Source of the DNA: Bugula neritina
Lineage: Eukaryota > Animalia > Bryozoa
Direction: 5' to 3'
Assembly: GCA_964035545.1 (NCBI GenBank)
Contig: OZ037771.1
Coordinates: forward strand, 5,365,190 to 5,429,189
DNA length: 64,000 nt
Shown: positions 26,220-37,625 of the stretch, one piece after another
How positions within the stretch are numbered: position 1 is the first letter of the stretch
Layout of the letters: each line of letters starts with the position of its first letter
Position numbers and translations under genes: made by a program
The notes under the pieces: model-generated
What the model was told of the DNA's origin: nothing
The model's input: only the letters and a program-made list of their open reading frames with translations
The model's database searches: none

Positions 26220-26260
26220 ATGCTACCTACTAATATATAATATATATTAGTAGGTAGCAT
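26220..26260. repeat. Perfect palindrome, 20-bp arms, 1-nt spacer
   Basis: atgctacctactaatatata-a-tatatattagtaggtagcat. Confidence 0.95.
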
Positions 26261-26699
26261 GATATATTATATAAGAAAAGAAAAGCCGCATCACCTATGT
26301 ACTGATGCATTGAGTATAATATAGCTAAGTAAAATTTGTCATTTCTATATATAACATTCACACCTAATAAGGTTATCTGTCCCTGATAACCGAATTTAAT
26401 TAAACATATTCACTAAAAAAAACCAATTATTCCTGCTCATATAGGTCTATATAGATGATCGCTGTTGGCAATATTTCTACTACAACGGGAAAATTTAAAA
26501 AGCGGAAGCAGTTATGATAGTAGATCCACACTAAATAACTCATCCATCATCCATGCCTATAAAATACAAAATGGCGTCGAGTTAAACTGAATATTAAATA
26601 ATATAGTGACTGATGGTTATTCTACTGGATTAAGATTACGTCTACATGTACTACTAGTACTAGCTATAACTCACTAACTTATGCTGTAAGTATAAGAAT

Positions 26700-26895
26700 A
26701 ACTTTAAGTCTATTACTATTAGTATTAGTATTACTATAAGTTGAGTATCAGTATAACTTAATATAACTATAAGTATAAGTATAAGTATAAGTATAACTTT
26801 AACTATTACTATAGTATTAGTATTAGTAAGTAAGTAACTATTAGTATTAGTATTAGACTTACTCTTAGTAATAGTAATACTTATAGTTATACTAA
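26700..26895. repeat. Degenerate (ATTAGT/ATAAGT)n simple repeats
   Basis: Direct; similar tracts at ~24345-24420 and ~25120-25240. Confidence 0.8.
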
Positions 26896-26899
26896 TACA

Positions 26900-28480
26900 G
26901 ATCCGCAAATGCCAATTACTAATAAACCCCAATATCAATGCAGAGTGTCTTCAGCATATCTTCGCTGCTTCATTAAAACAAGGTGTGCTCCCAGGTGCAT
27001 GGAAGACTCAGACTGCCAACATCACTCCTATATATAAGAAAGGTGAAAAAGAGAAGCCATGCAATTATCGACCTATTTCATTGACAAGTATCCCCTGCAA
27101 AATGCTAGAACATATTATATTACACTATCTAAATAAAACACTAAATACAATTTTGGTTAATAGTCAACATGGATTTAGACGTGGCATTTCATGTGACACT
27201 CAATTGTGTGCAACTTTTCATGATCTTGCAAGAGCCGCCGACAACTCATCAACTACTCACGCAGTAATTCTAGATTTTAAAAAGGCCTTCGATAAAGTTC
27301 CTCATTTACTGCTCATAAAGAAAATCAGGCGAATTAAAGGAATTGACCCATTTGTTGCCAATTGGATACAGAGCTTTTTGACTGACAGAAGTCAAAAAGT
27401 GGTGATCAAAGGGACAGAATCATCTGAACTAAGTGTAACATCTGGAGTCCCCCAAGGATCAGTTCTTGGACCAACACTCTTCCTAATTTACATCAATGAC
27501 CTCCCTCAATCTGTCTCATGCAAAGTTAGTCTATATGCTGACGACACACTTCTATATGCTGAAGTTAACAACAAAATACAACAGGAAGCTTTTCAGAGAG
27601 ACCTAAACTCACTTTATAACTGGTCACTTAAATGGAAAATGCGGTTTAATACCGATAAGTGCGAAGTGATTATATTTGGTAAAAATGATGACACCTCCCA
27701 TCTATATTCACTTGGTGACACCACTCTTAGAACCGTTGAAGAGGCCAAATATCTTGGGAGTAATCATGCAGTCTAACCTAAAGTTTGACAGACATATTAC
27801 ATCTAAAGTCAACAATGCAAGCAAAATACTTGGCTGTATCAAGCATACAATCTACAATGCACCCATGAAGGCAAAATTAATTGCATACCTTAGTCTATGT
27901 AGACCTATCCTTGAGTATGCAGACACGTTGTGGGATCCGACTAACAAGAGTGCCTGTGAGGAGATTGAACATGTTCAAAATCAAGCCATCAGGTTTATCG
28001 CTAACCTCAAAGGAAGATGTGGCATCAGTGACGCTCGAACTGAATTGCAGCTTAAAACTCTTGCGAGCCGACGAAGAGACCATAGAATAACTTTGTTAAT
28101 GAGAATACTCTCAGATGAAGAGCGCCATAAAGCGCTTTCATCTGCTTATGATGAACTATTAAATTCAAATCGGTCAATAAACACTCGATCTGCTAAGAAA
28201 GGAGAACCAACATCAATTTCTGCATCCTCACAGACCTTTCACCACAGTTTTCTCCCTCGAAGCATCAGAGATTTGGGGATACCACCTCATAACACAAACT
28301 CAGCTTAGCTATGTGCTAAAACCCCTTTACATTACAATTAAAATATCCAAACTTAGCTACATGCTAGAACAGATACATTTCAACACATGGTAAACCCAAA
28401 CAAAACCAACATAAGAGGCACTCATAGTTTTGCGCCTGTAGGTGTTAGCAGAGTGTTCTAATTTTTACGAGGTGAGTTAA
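26900..28480 (+). mobile_element. 5'-truncated non-LTR retrotransposon (RT domain, CR1/L2-group-like), one frameshift
   Basis: ORFs 26985-27776 and 27676-28308: NYRPISLTS, QHGFR, LDFKKAFDKV, GVPQGSVLGP, YADD, KYLG; frameshift at CTTGGGAGTA ~27755; C-terminal SFLPRSIRD; no endonuclease domain; AT/AG-repeat tail. Confidence 0.92.
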
Positions 28481-28574
28481 TAGTAACAGTAATAGAATAA
28501 GTAGAGTTAAACGATGAACTTAAAGATAAATTTAATGACTAAAGCTAAAATGTTCGTATCGACTGACACTGACA

Positions 28575-29140
28575 GTTACAGAGAGTGTGACACTCACACT
28601 CACCGTGACTGACACCTACTCACTGAAACTTGGCCTTGCATAATGATAAGGCTGAAGAGTCACTTATTATTGTATTTACATTTCAGTTTGTTATTACTTA
28701 TACTTATAGTTATTTAGTTTTAACGATAATGTTTATGATTTATAAATTGTAACTGTGTTGTGGTGGGTTTTTATAATTTAGAGCTATTGCAAACTCACCC
28801 AATAATATACATATGTCGGGGCTGCCGGGTTAGCTCGGGTCGATATGTTGATACGGGGTTGCTTAGTTTGTAATAAGATAACTCCAGTTCCTGTCAGTCT
28901 TTAGAGGGTAGAGTTAGAACTCCAGGTTATGGTGTTTGTCAGGTGATGCTCCGAAGTCTAGGATCCTGGGCTAGCACTCACTACCATACCCTAACACATT
29001 TTATTGTGTCTGTACACATTCCATGTTCACAATTCTCAATTACCCGTCAATCAATTCTTCAATTCTCGCAATCTCTCATATACACTCGGTTTTATACCTG
29101 CAACACTCATGCAGGCCACTCCGAGTGGTCTATTGGTAAA
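28575..29140 (-). mobile_element. LTR/leader-like repeat (TATA, GGTGAGT donor, AT-rich tail)
   Basis: 28800-29140 is a diverged inverted relative of 24738-25090; 28575-28800 closely matches 41510-41725. Confidence 0.55.
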
Positions 29141-29765
29141 AATTTATCAACTGGTACTGTTGAACAGCAAAAGACCAACTTTTGCTGTCAAAATTTTTTA
29201 TTTTATCCTAAAATTAAAGCATTTGCACCGCATTTTAAAGCATAATTTGCAAGTTTATATCATAGCATCAATTCAAGTATGCACCACATTTAAAAAGCAT
29301 TGTAACGAAAACTAAATGATATATAACTGTGCAGATATCTGCAACTGTGTTTTATGGTTTGGTTCCATTTGTTATGTCGCAAGTCCTAACTGAATCTATA
29401 AATGGCAAAGTAAACCTGATTTGCACTAAAGTCTACATGATGACTTTGCTAAGTAGTGGCTTTGTTACCTGATCTAACCTGTCAAAGTCTAGAACCAACT
29501 TGATGTTCAGCCTACAAGTAACATAATTTGCGAAATATTAACTTGCTACGTTATAAATCAAAATATTTCATTATAATATGACTAAAAAGTGGAAGTTATA
29601 ATTCTGAACTAGGTGTCAGATTGTCGATAAGTTGGTTGAAAAGCATACAAATTGGTTATGATGTTAGCTGGATATATGTTATATTTTATACAAAGAATAT
29701 GTTATATTTATGATAGCATGTTATATTACCAAGTAGATACAATATTAAAAGAAATTGGTGGTTAG

Positions 29766-29796
<31 letters not shown>

Positions 29797-29857
29797 AAAG
29801 AAGATAGATAGATATATTAAAAACACAAAGGTTATTAAAGGTTTCTAGCTCAATGAT

Positions 29858-31585
29858 TTACAAATATATAAGAAAACAAATAGACTGGTTATGTTTATAT
29901 CTGCAAGTCAAATATTGGCCACAATCGCTTGTAGCGTTCATTACCAGCATAACATAATTTTTGGTGCGATTGCCATCAGCAGATCGATGGGCTCTCAGCC
30001 AAGTCTTAACATAGGGAGTAGGGTTGAAGACAGATATTGGAGGACCGAGTAGGGATATAAATACCATATCTGAAACATGTATAAAAAGTTTGTTTCGTAA
30101 ATCTGTGCAAAAATTATTCATTGCACTAATTCCACGTTCGCAATCACTACTACTCACTGGCATCGAATTAACTATAGCTTTGATGTGCACAATTTGCTTA
30201 GGTATACAAGCCAGGTTATCAATGTAGTCCCTAAACGACGTTAATATGTCGTTTGGGAATTTTTTGCAGAGTGTCTTATCTCCTTTCTTCATCATACCAT
30301 GGCGGTTCAACATCACTTGGCCATTTTATTGGCTCAAGGCAGTTGAGTAGTGCAAGCATTTGTTGCAGATCATCTTTTTCACACTCACGGCGCAGTCCTG
30401 ACGAAATTGTACCTTCAAGGCGACTCTGCATATTGTCTATCAGAGCTTGTAAACATGCATCTTTGCTCATTACTGGCCCATGTAACTTCAAATCAATGCC
30501 TTTGAATTTGTTTTCGCTCTTTGCCCTAGCATATTCTTGATGCGATGTTCCAGAGCTATTTGGTCCCTTTTGACTATTCAATGCCCTTAATAGAGTTTTC
30601 AACCGAGCATATGCTGTTGCCAAATTTATATTTTCAGACTGCAAAGCTTCTGAAAAGAGTCCTATTTCTCTAAGACTATCGTGAAGTAAAGCTAAACTAG
30701 AAACGAACTGTGAATTTTGAAGCATGTTGAAAAGGCCCTTATAGAGGGAGTTGTTTGAGCTCGACTCCTGGGCATGCTGTATCGGGGCAGGATAGCAATG
30801 CCATATGGCATCAACTGTTTGGGAAACTGGAGGCAGCCCACCTTTTTTCCGCATTTGAATATTCAGTTGAGCTACACATGAATCTGCAGAAAAAAAATCT
30901 AGCTTTACAAGGCCAAGCAAAAATGAAAAAGCTTCATCATACACATTGTCTGGATCAAAATAAGATGATCTGATGTAGACTGCCAAAACCTATCTATTTG
31001 AAACAGATGTCGATTCACAAATGATTAATGACACTTTGTTGGAGTTGATTATCTTATTTATAAATTCGTTTTTCATCTCAGAAGTTATGTGAGATATTAT
31101 TTCGTAAGCTGGAGCACAAGAGTAAAGAGATATGTCACAATCACTGCCTTTCAACTTATTTAGCTCTATTAAATGAGACATATCAAAATAAGGCCTATTT
31201 AGTTTTGCAATATGGTAGGCACATCTAAAACATTTTCAGTTGCTTCTTCATGCTGTCGACTTGTAGCGGCAAGCATTGTTGGCAAAACGTGTTACTCACT
31301 TTTTTGCTTGCATATATAGCATCTCCATGTGCTTCACTGTGATTGTGGTAGACAATTTTTTTCAAGTGATGTCAACTGCTTTGTCATGGTGTCACCATAC
31401 CAGAAAACACCACTGCTTGTCCACTCCAACCTTAATCGAGATGTTTTCGTAGCGGGTGGGGTAAATCTCTTTGCAGGAGAACAGACCTGACAAAGTAATG
31501 CTCCACCTTGTTTGAGCTTGAGCCAGGGGTATTGAGCTCGTTTCTCCGCCCACTTTTCAGCAGACCAGCATGGTGGTAAATCCAT
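29858..31585 (-). mobile_element. Degenerate hAT transposase (ZNF862/KIAA1586-like)
   Basis: YPWL..LLCQVC zinc finger, VSLIICESTSVS (decayed DEST), PVSSSDCERGISAMN..RNKL hAT dimerisation motif; several frameshifts. Confidence 0.85.
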
Positions 31586-31799
31586 TCCGCCTTTTTCCTA
31601 CAAGTATATCTTCAAAATATACACACCTGCACAAAGCAATCCTAACTTAAAAAATAATATAGTTGTTAAATTTAAACCTACCCCAACTATAGTAGGGTGT
31701 GAAGTGGCACATAGAGTGCGCATGATTTGCGGCAAAACTCGGTCTCACGACCAATGTTCATAACCTACCAGAGAGCTCTTAAAAGCTTTTCCAGAGTTT

Positions 31800-32250
31800 G
31801 GTTTATTCGCTCCATCAAAGAGTTCCTTTGAGGACGGTAGAGTAAAGTTTAAATTTTCTCACATTCCCAGAAATTGCAACAGGCCTGAAAAAGTTTGGAT
31901 TGGAACTGAGAACCTTGATCTGAGTGAATAATTTTAGGGATTTCAAAAGGTGCACTTTAAGGGGTGTGTGTTCTGGTTCATTGAATATCTTTATTGAAGC
32001 TGTGGTGTCCACAATGTGTTTTATTATTACATATCCTGCCATCCCTTCATTTACTTGAAAGTCTTGTTTTTCTATGCTCTCTTGTTCTGGTAGAGTACCA
32101 TCTCACCTACTCGCAGATCAATCGGACTGGCGTTTATCTCACATTATCTCTTCTGCTTGTCTTTCCCTTTCCTTATTAGCAGTCTGGCTTAGTTCCAGAC
32201 CTCTTGCATCCTGCAATGTAGCTTGGTTACGTATGGCACGTCCATCTGGT
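31800..32250 (-). mobile_element. Gypsy family A integrase C-terminal fragment
   Basis: YVIIKHIVDTTASIKIFNEPEHTPLKVHL homologous to the 37626-39389 ORF tail. Confidence 0.8.
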
Positions 32251-32279
32251 TTCTAGCTAAGTTAACTTCCGCTGCGGTT

Positions 32280-33060
32280 TCTGATTTTAATAAGTTGTTT
32301 TATTTTCGGCAGAGCTTGATGTCGGAGGTGGAGATGCGGATTTTTCTGCTGCTTCAGCAATTTGTAGTTGTGTGATGCTACATATTGTTAGTCAATGCTT
32401 GCTAGCCGCGCAATGTGTTTGTTGAGTTATTGTTTTTTTGTTAGTTATTGATGCTTATATGCTGCTGTCTGGCTGTGATTATGAGTATCAGTTGTTTCCC
32501 AGTAATGAATTTCAGTATTGTTTTATAGTTTACCAATGTGTATAATTGCCTTGTAATCAGAGTTGACTGTTGATGTTTATCAATATTTTTAATTATTTGT
32601 ATACTTCTCATAATTAGTTGGAACAGAATGATTGCTTTTTGTTCTACTTGCAGCATTGTGGTTGATAATACCACTATGATTATCCTTGATAGTTATTTAT
32701 TACTGTCAGACTGTGTATAATAAAAGAAAGGAATGAATGGCAAGTAGGTGTGCTGACAAAGCATAAGCCACAGTCTTGGCAGTTGGATGCTTTGATAAAA
32801 GCGTAGCTGATATACCATGTCAATGTCAAACTTCTTTGTTTCCAAGTATCGAAATATGTGACCAAAATAGCCATCTGTCAGCAGTTCCGACTTGGTTTGT
32901 TGGGCTGTGTATTTGCTCTTAAGCATTTGTTCAAAGGTGTCCAGCGCATTTCTCTCAACATTTGGGGTAATAGGGTCAACTGGATTTTCACATCCTTCAT
33001 CATCGGTCAAATGAGGTCCTTCTTGGAAGTACTGACGTTATTATGTTCTTCCTAAACTTT
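32280..33060 (-). mobile_element. Gypsy-like family B pol remnant
   Basis: ENPVDPITPNVERNALDTFEQMLKSKY..DGYFGHIFRYLE matches 50540-50730; 32330-32800 matches 47290-47770. Confidence 0.7.
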
Positions 33061-33119
33061 CTCAACAATTTCCTTTACCTTCGATCTTTTGGGCTTGTCA
33101 ACTTTGATGCCTTTGTTCT

Positions 33120-33440
33120 TAATTATTCTTAATATTTTACAAACCGTACTCCTCTTTTTTTCGACCAACTGTTAAAAAGTTCTTACTAACTGCCGGCTTC
33201 ATACCACCAGCTGAAACCTCATCATTTCTGACGCAATTATGCTCTGGTGGTATACTGTCTTTATGACTGACACATGAAAAGCAAGAACTAGATGAAACTT
33301 CAGTATCTGCTATTTTAACTGGTTTTCCTACTGTGTGGGTAGTAATAGTTATAGCTACCCCATTCTTCCTATTAAAGCCCCTACGCTGCCAGGTACCATC
33401 ACAAGATTCTGCTATATTACTACTATTAGTTTTACTAGCA
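33120..33440 (-). mobile_element. Mutator-like (MULE/Phantom-type) transposase fragment
   Basis: Hand translation DGTWQRRGFNRKNGVAITIT..GKPVKIAD..CFSC..HNCVRN..SAGGMK fits the DGxWxxRG/CxxC/HxC signature; remnant may extend to ~34290. Confidence 0.75.
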
Positions 33441-34899
33441 GATTTTTTGGCCTGATTTAGTTTGTCTATAGTATATCTGTTGCTACATTAAAGGCTCATC
33501 CAACTAGTCAATATGAATATAAATATTCTCTAATAAAACTGTCAAAATAAGTAAATGTCAACGCCTTGTAGTATAAACTGTCAATAAATAAAGAGTTCAA
33601 CCTGTCTACTCTTGGTTTTTACCAGTTGGGAGAAAATTTAGATGAAGGATTGATGATAAATTGTCAGATTATTTTAGCAGGTTGGAATATCACACGTAGT
33701 TTCTTTGTTTGTGTTGGCCAACAAGATTTGCATCACATCACTCGATAAGTACAACCAATAAATGGGGCAATTTAAAGGTCGAAGTAATAAAATCCGAACA
33801 AATAGCGTAATCCAATTAACTTTGTTTTGTTACCAAGTATATAAACCAATCATTTTATAGCATTTGCAGGCTGGTGCACGTCACACCTGCAAAAGTCAAA
33901 GTAGCTTCTCTTTTTATATACCCTACATAAATGAATAGTATTATACGCCTTTTTATAAATGTCGTCTGAGAATGAAGCTGTTTTTGAACTAGTAGTTGTT
34001 TAAAAATGAAGGTTGTGGAATGACTTGTCACCCTTGATCGATTTTTTACTTTTATGGTTAACCAAACAGGGAATTTCTTCCTCACACTTCGTCTTGAATC
34101 TGTTGAGAACCATAACCTTTCCATGCTTTCTGTTTTCTTTCTATGTTGTGGTGATATATTTCACTTCCATTAACAGCAGTAATTTCCTTGAAGGATTTAA
34201 CCTCCTGTACAGATCCGACTGTCGGATCTGGCAGGGAAGCGGATTTACTTACCAGTTTATCATTTTCTTGGTTAGAAAGTTTTTTAAAAACATATGTAAT
34301 ATATGTATATATAGTATATAATTTCCAAATTTATTAGGAAACATAATATATGTGAAAAAACATATTTTTACTTCATCCAAAGTTAAAATGTTAAACTAAA
34401 TGTCACAGTAGCAAAATGCTTCATCACGCAGACTCTCTTGAAAAAGTTTACCCTGTATTGTATCTTACCTGCTTCTACACCAAATTTAGTTTTCAACAGG
34501 ACAGCCCCTACTCTTTTAGTGAGTACATCAAGATTGGCAAGAATGTTTATCTGTCATTCTCAGTTTTTACCAACAAGTCAACTTAAACCTGTTTTTGAAA
34601 ACCATTCACTGTTGTTTTTCTTCATTTGAAACGTATTCTCACTGGTTTGTGAAAAGTAAAGCCATTGAAGAAGTCTTCGACTTTAACAGTTCTTTGTAAG
34701 AGGTTTAACTCTTCCCATAGCCAAACTATTATGAGGAGTACAAGTGTGTATGTTGCATGTACTGTCTTATGTTCTACGTAATAATGTATTTATCTTACTC
34801 TGTCGAATTGTTGCCGGCTCTTCCATACCACTCCTTTGAGTTTTTTTGTTGCTGCCTTGTTTCTTAAAAGCTGGGTAATATTCATTCGTTTCAATTTAC

Positions 34900-35110
34900 T
34901 CCCACACATGCATTAACACGGTAGCTGTAGTATCAGCGGTCGTGTTTCTGGCCGCCATGATGACATCAGTGGTTCTGACTGTAGTGGTAGCTGTCGTAGC
35001 AGTGAGTCTATATAAGTCAAATATGACTTACTTGAATTTAGATCCAGAAAGGCTCATCTTTGACACAGCCGTTAAATACAAAAAACCGTAAAATTACCAT
35101 TTTTTTTCAA
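34900..35110 (-). repeat. Dispersed decayed ORF unit, copy 1 (hydrophobic segment + Thr-rich tract)
   Basis: YLTAVSKMSLS..LTATTATTTVRTT..ARNTTADTTAT; homologues at 41775-42130 and 42940-43235. Confidence 0.6.
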
Positions 35111-35479
35111 TCTTTTCAATAGTTGAGAGATGCTTCCTTAGTCTCATATAGTATATGATATTTTTTCGCATCAGCAGAGGTTACATCGTTTGCTGGCCTT
35201 GTTATAGGAGGTGGCCTTTCTCAGGGTTCTTCGTGATATAATAAAAAAATTTTCTGTTTGAGCATAAAGCTGTCTTGGAACTAGTAGAATTATTTGAACG
35301 GTGAAGTGTCACTACCTGTCATCCTTGATTGATTTTTTGCCCTTGTAGTAATCTGGATAGCGAAGCATTTCCTTGCACTCCTTTTTGCATCTGTCAGGAA
35401 CCTCGCCATGCTCTGTCTCATTTTTGTACTGTGTTAACATATTTTAGCAAAAATACACCTCCACTGAAGGTTTCCTTGA

Positions 35480-37428
35480 AGGGTTCAACTTTCAGTATTG
35501 ATCCAACTTTAAACTCCATCTTCCCGTTGGATACACTTTCTAAAGACATCAATGATGACACCCCTAATCTGATATCTCTTTCCCAACAATAAAAGACAGA
35601 TCATTGTGTTTCTTGATCGTGTCCAGTTCTTCATTGGCTGTGGGATTAGGTGAGACCTTAACAGATGACCTGGAGTTGTGGGTAAGTCCAAGTCAATTGA
35701 TACTTCTGACATAGGTCCTCTAACTAGAGGTTCCTTGTGTCTTTTTAACGAGTTCAGGTGTACTCTAAAGGGTGTTTGATCAGGTTCATTAAACAAATGT
35801 ATTGAGGCAGTTGTGTCGGTTGTGTTTTATTGCATACATGTCCTGCCATCTCTATCAATTTTGAGGTTTTATTCTTGTATGCCCTTTTATTATAGTATAA
35901 CACTATATCACCCATTCTTAGATCTATGGGGCATGATTTTCTGTCGTAATATTTCTTTTGCCTTTCCTTTCCTCTGCTTATCAGCAGTCTGGCTGTGTCC
36001 CAAACCTCTTGCATTCTGTTATGTAATTTTGTGACGTACGGGACGTCATCTGCCACAATAGGTGGGCGAGGTTTGGTCAGTTCGTACGGCTTTCGCATTT
36101 CTCTGCAGAATAAGAGCATACTTGGTGTGGTGGTGGTGTGTACCGATGAGTTGTGTACCAGTTGACAGAATGGGATGCATCTGTCCCAATCGCGATTAGT
36201 GCCTGGGTCGACGAAGTTTGTTTGATTGTTTTATTGTGTGGCAAATGGAAATTATGCACACAGTTGAGAAAAATAAACAAACTGATAAGGTCCATGGCGC
36301 AATAGCACTGCAGCTAGTCGAGGTTCCGAGCCGTGAATAGTTGACAGTCAGCGTATTATTTTCTGTTATATAAGATTTTTATAGTTTTTTGTAAAGCTTT
36401 AGCAACTCAAAGAGTATCATTTTTTATCTGTTAATTTGAAATTTGCCATTAAGTGGTCTCTTAGGGCAAGTTTAAAACCAGCCTCCCTCTCCACAGCACA
36501 ACATATTGGCGATTGTTTTATTGTATATCTCCACTTGGCCATTGGATGCTGACGAGTCAGGTACACTGAATTATGAGTCAGTCTTGAAAAGTTTATTCAC
36601 TTCAACCATGACTGAGCTCATGAATGACTTGGTCCTGTCCGAGAGTAGTCCTGACGCGGCCCCGAATTTGCAAATGATCTGCTCAACATAGACGCGAGCG
36701 ACTGTTGCTGCTGCTTGGTCAGCAGTGCAGATCATTTCACACTATTTTGTAAAATGGTCAGTAAATACTAGGACGTATTTCATTCCGTCAGTACTCTGCA
36801 CGAATGAACCGAGGAAGTCCATGGATAGCGTGTGGAATGCCCGGTCGCTATCCTTGTTGCTAGTGGGACACGGGTCTGGGTTTTTGGATTCTTCCTTTGC
36901 TGACATGAATGGCATTCCGAGACATATTTTTCAACCGCCTGGTGCATTTTCGGGAACCAGTAGTGCTGTTTTAACCAAAGCATGGTCTTTGTCACTCCTG
37001 GATGCATAGCCGTTATGCTGTCATGCATAGCGTACATCAGGAGGTGACGCTGACTTGAGGAAATTGCTAGCAGTGCTTTGTCTTAATAGTTGCGGTACAC
37101 GAGCCCGTCATTTACCTTGACTTGCTTGCTGTCCGCAACTATCTGGTTCACCTCTGCCTTAGAGGCGTTTTTCGGGAACTTCCCCTCCTCCAGGTACGGA
37201 AGTACTAGTACCAAGAAATAGTCTCGTTTTTGTTCGTTTCTTGTCTGCTCATTAATGGTGGCAAGATTCTACAGAGAGACTTTCTGCTCATGATAGAGCG
37301 TCTGCCACCACATTTTGTTTACCCGCCTGGTGTATGATTTCGAAGTCATAGTCAGCTAATTGTATTGCCCATCTGGCAAGGCGGGGAAACAAGTCCGGCT
37401 TCTTTATGATATATGTACAGGCAGCGTT
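35480..37428 (-). mobile_element. Gypsy family A RNase H-integrase, second decayed copy
   Basis: HPGVTKT..HYWFPKM..CHSCQQRK; collinear with 37970-39440; interrupted by an insertion at 36218-36497. Confidence 0.9.
36218..36497. other. 280-bp insertion of unknown origin in integrase
   Basis: Copy 1 reads gacgaagt-ggg-acaacatattgg; copy 2 has 280 bp in place of ggg; no TSD. Confidence 0.75.
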
Positions 37429-37625
37429 TTCAATAATCAAGCAGCAGATAGCAGCTGTAGAATGCAATTAGAGTTAGAGTTGAGTCTAACTAGGTTGATA
37501 GAAATACTTGATAACCAAAATATAGCAGTGAATATAATATATATAATTAAAAGAATGAACCTAACCAAAATAGTCAGTCACGTTAGGTGCTCGATCTTTT
37601 ATTGTGTAACTGTATCATGGTAAGT

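Noticed and set aside
26660-26938. Ile/Leu/Thr-rich membrane-like ORFs (also 25062-25250)
   Set aside because: Products of ATTAGT simple repeats
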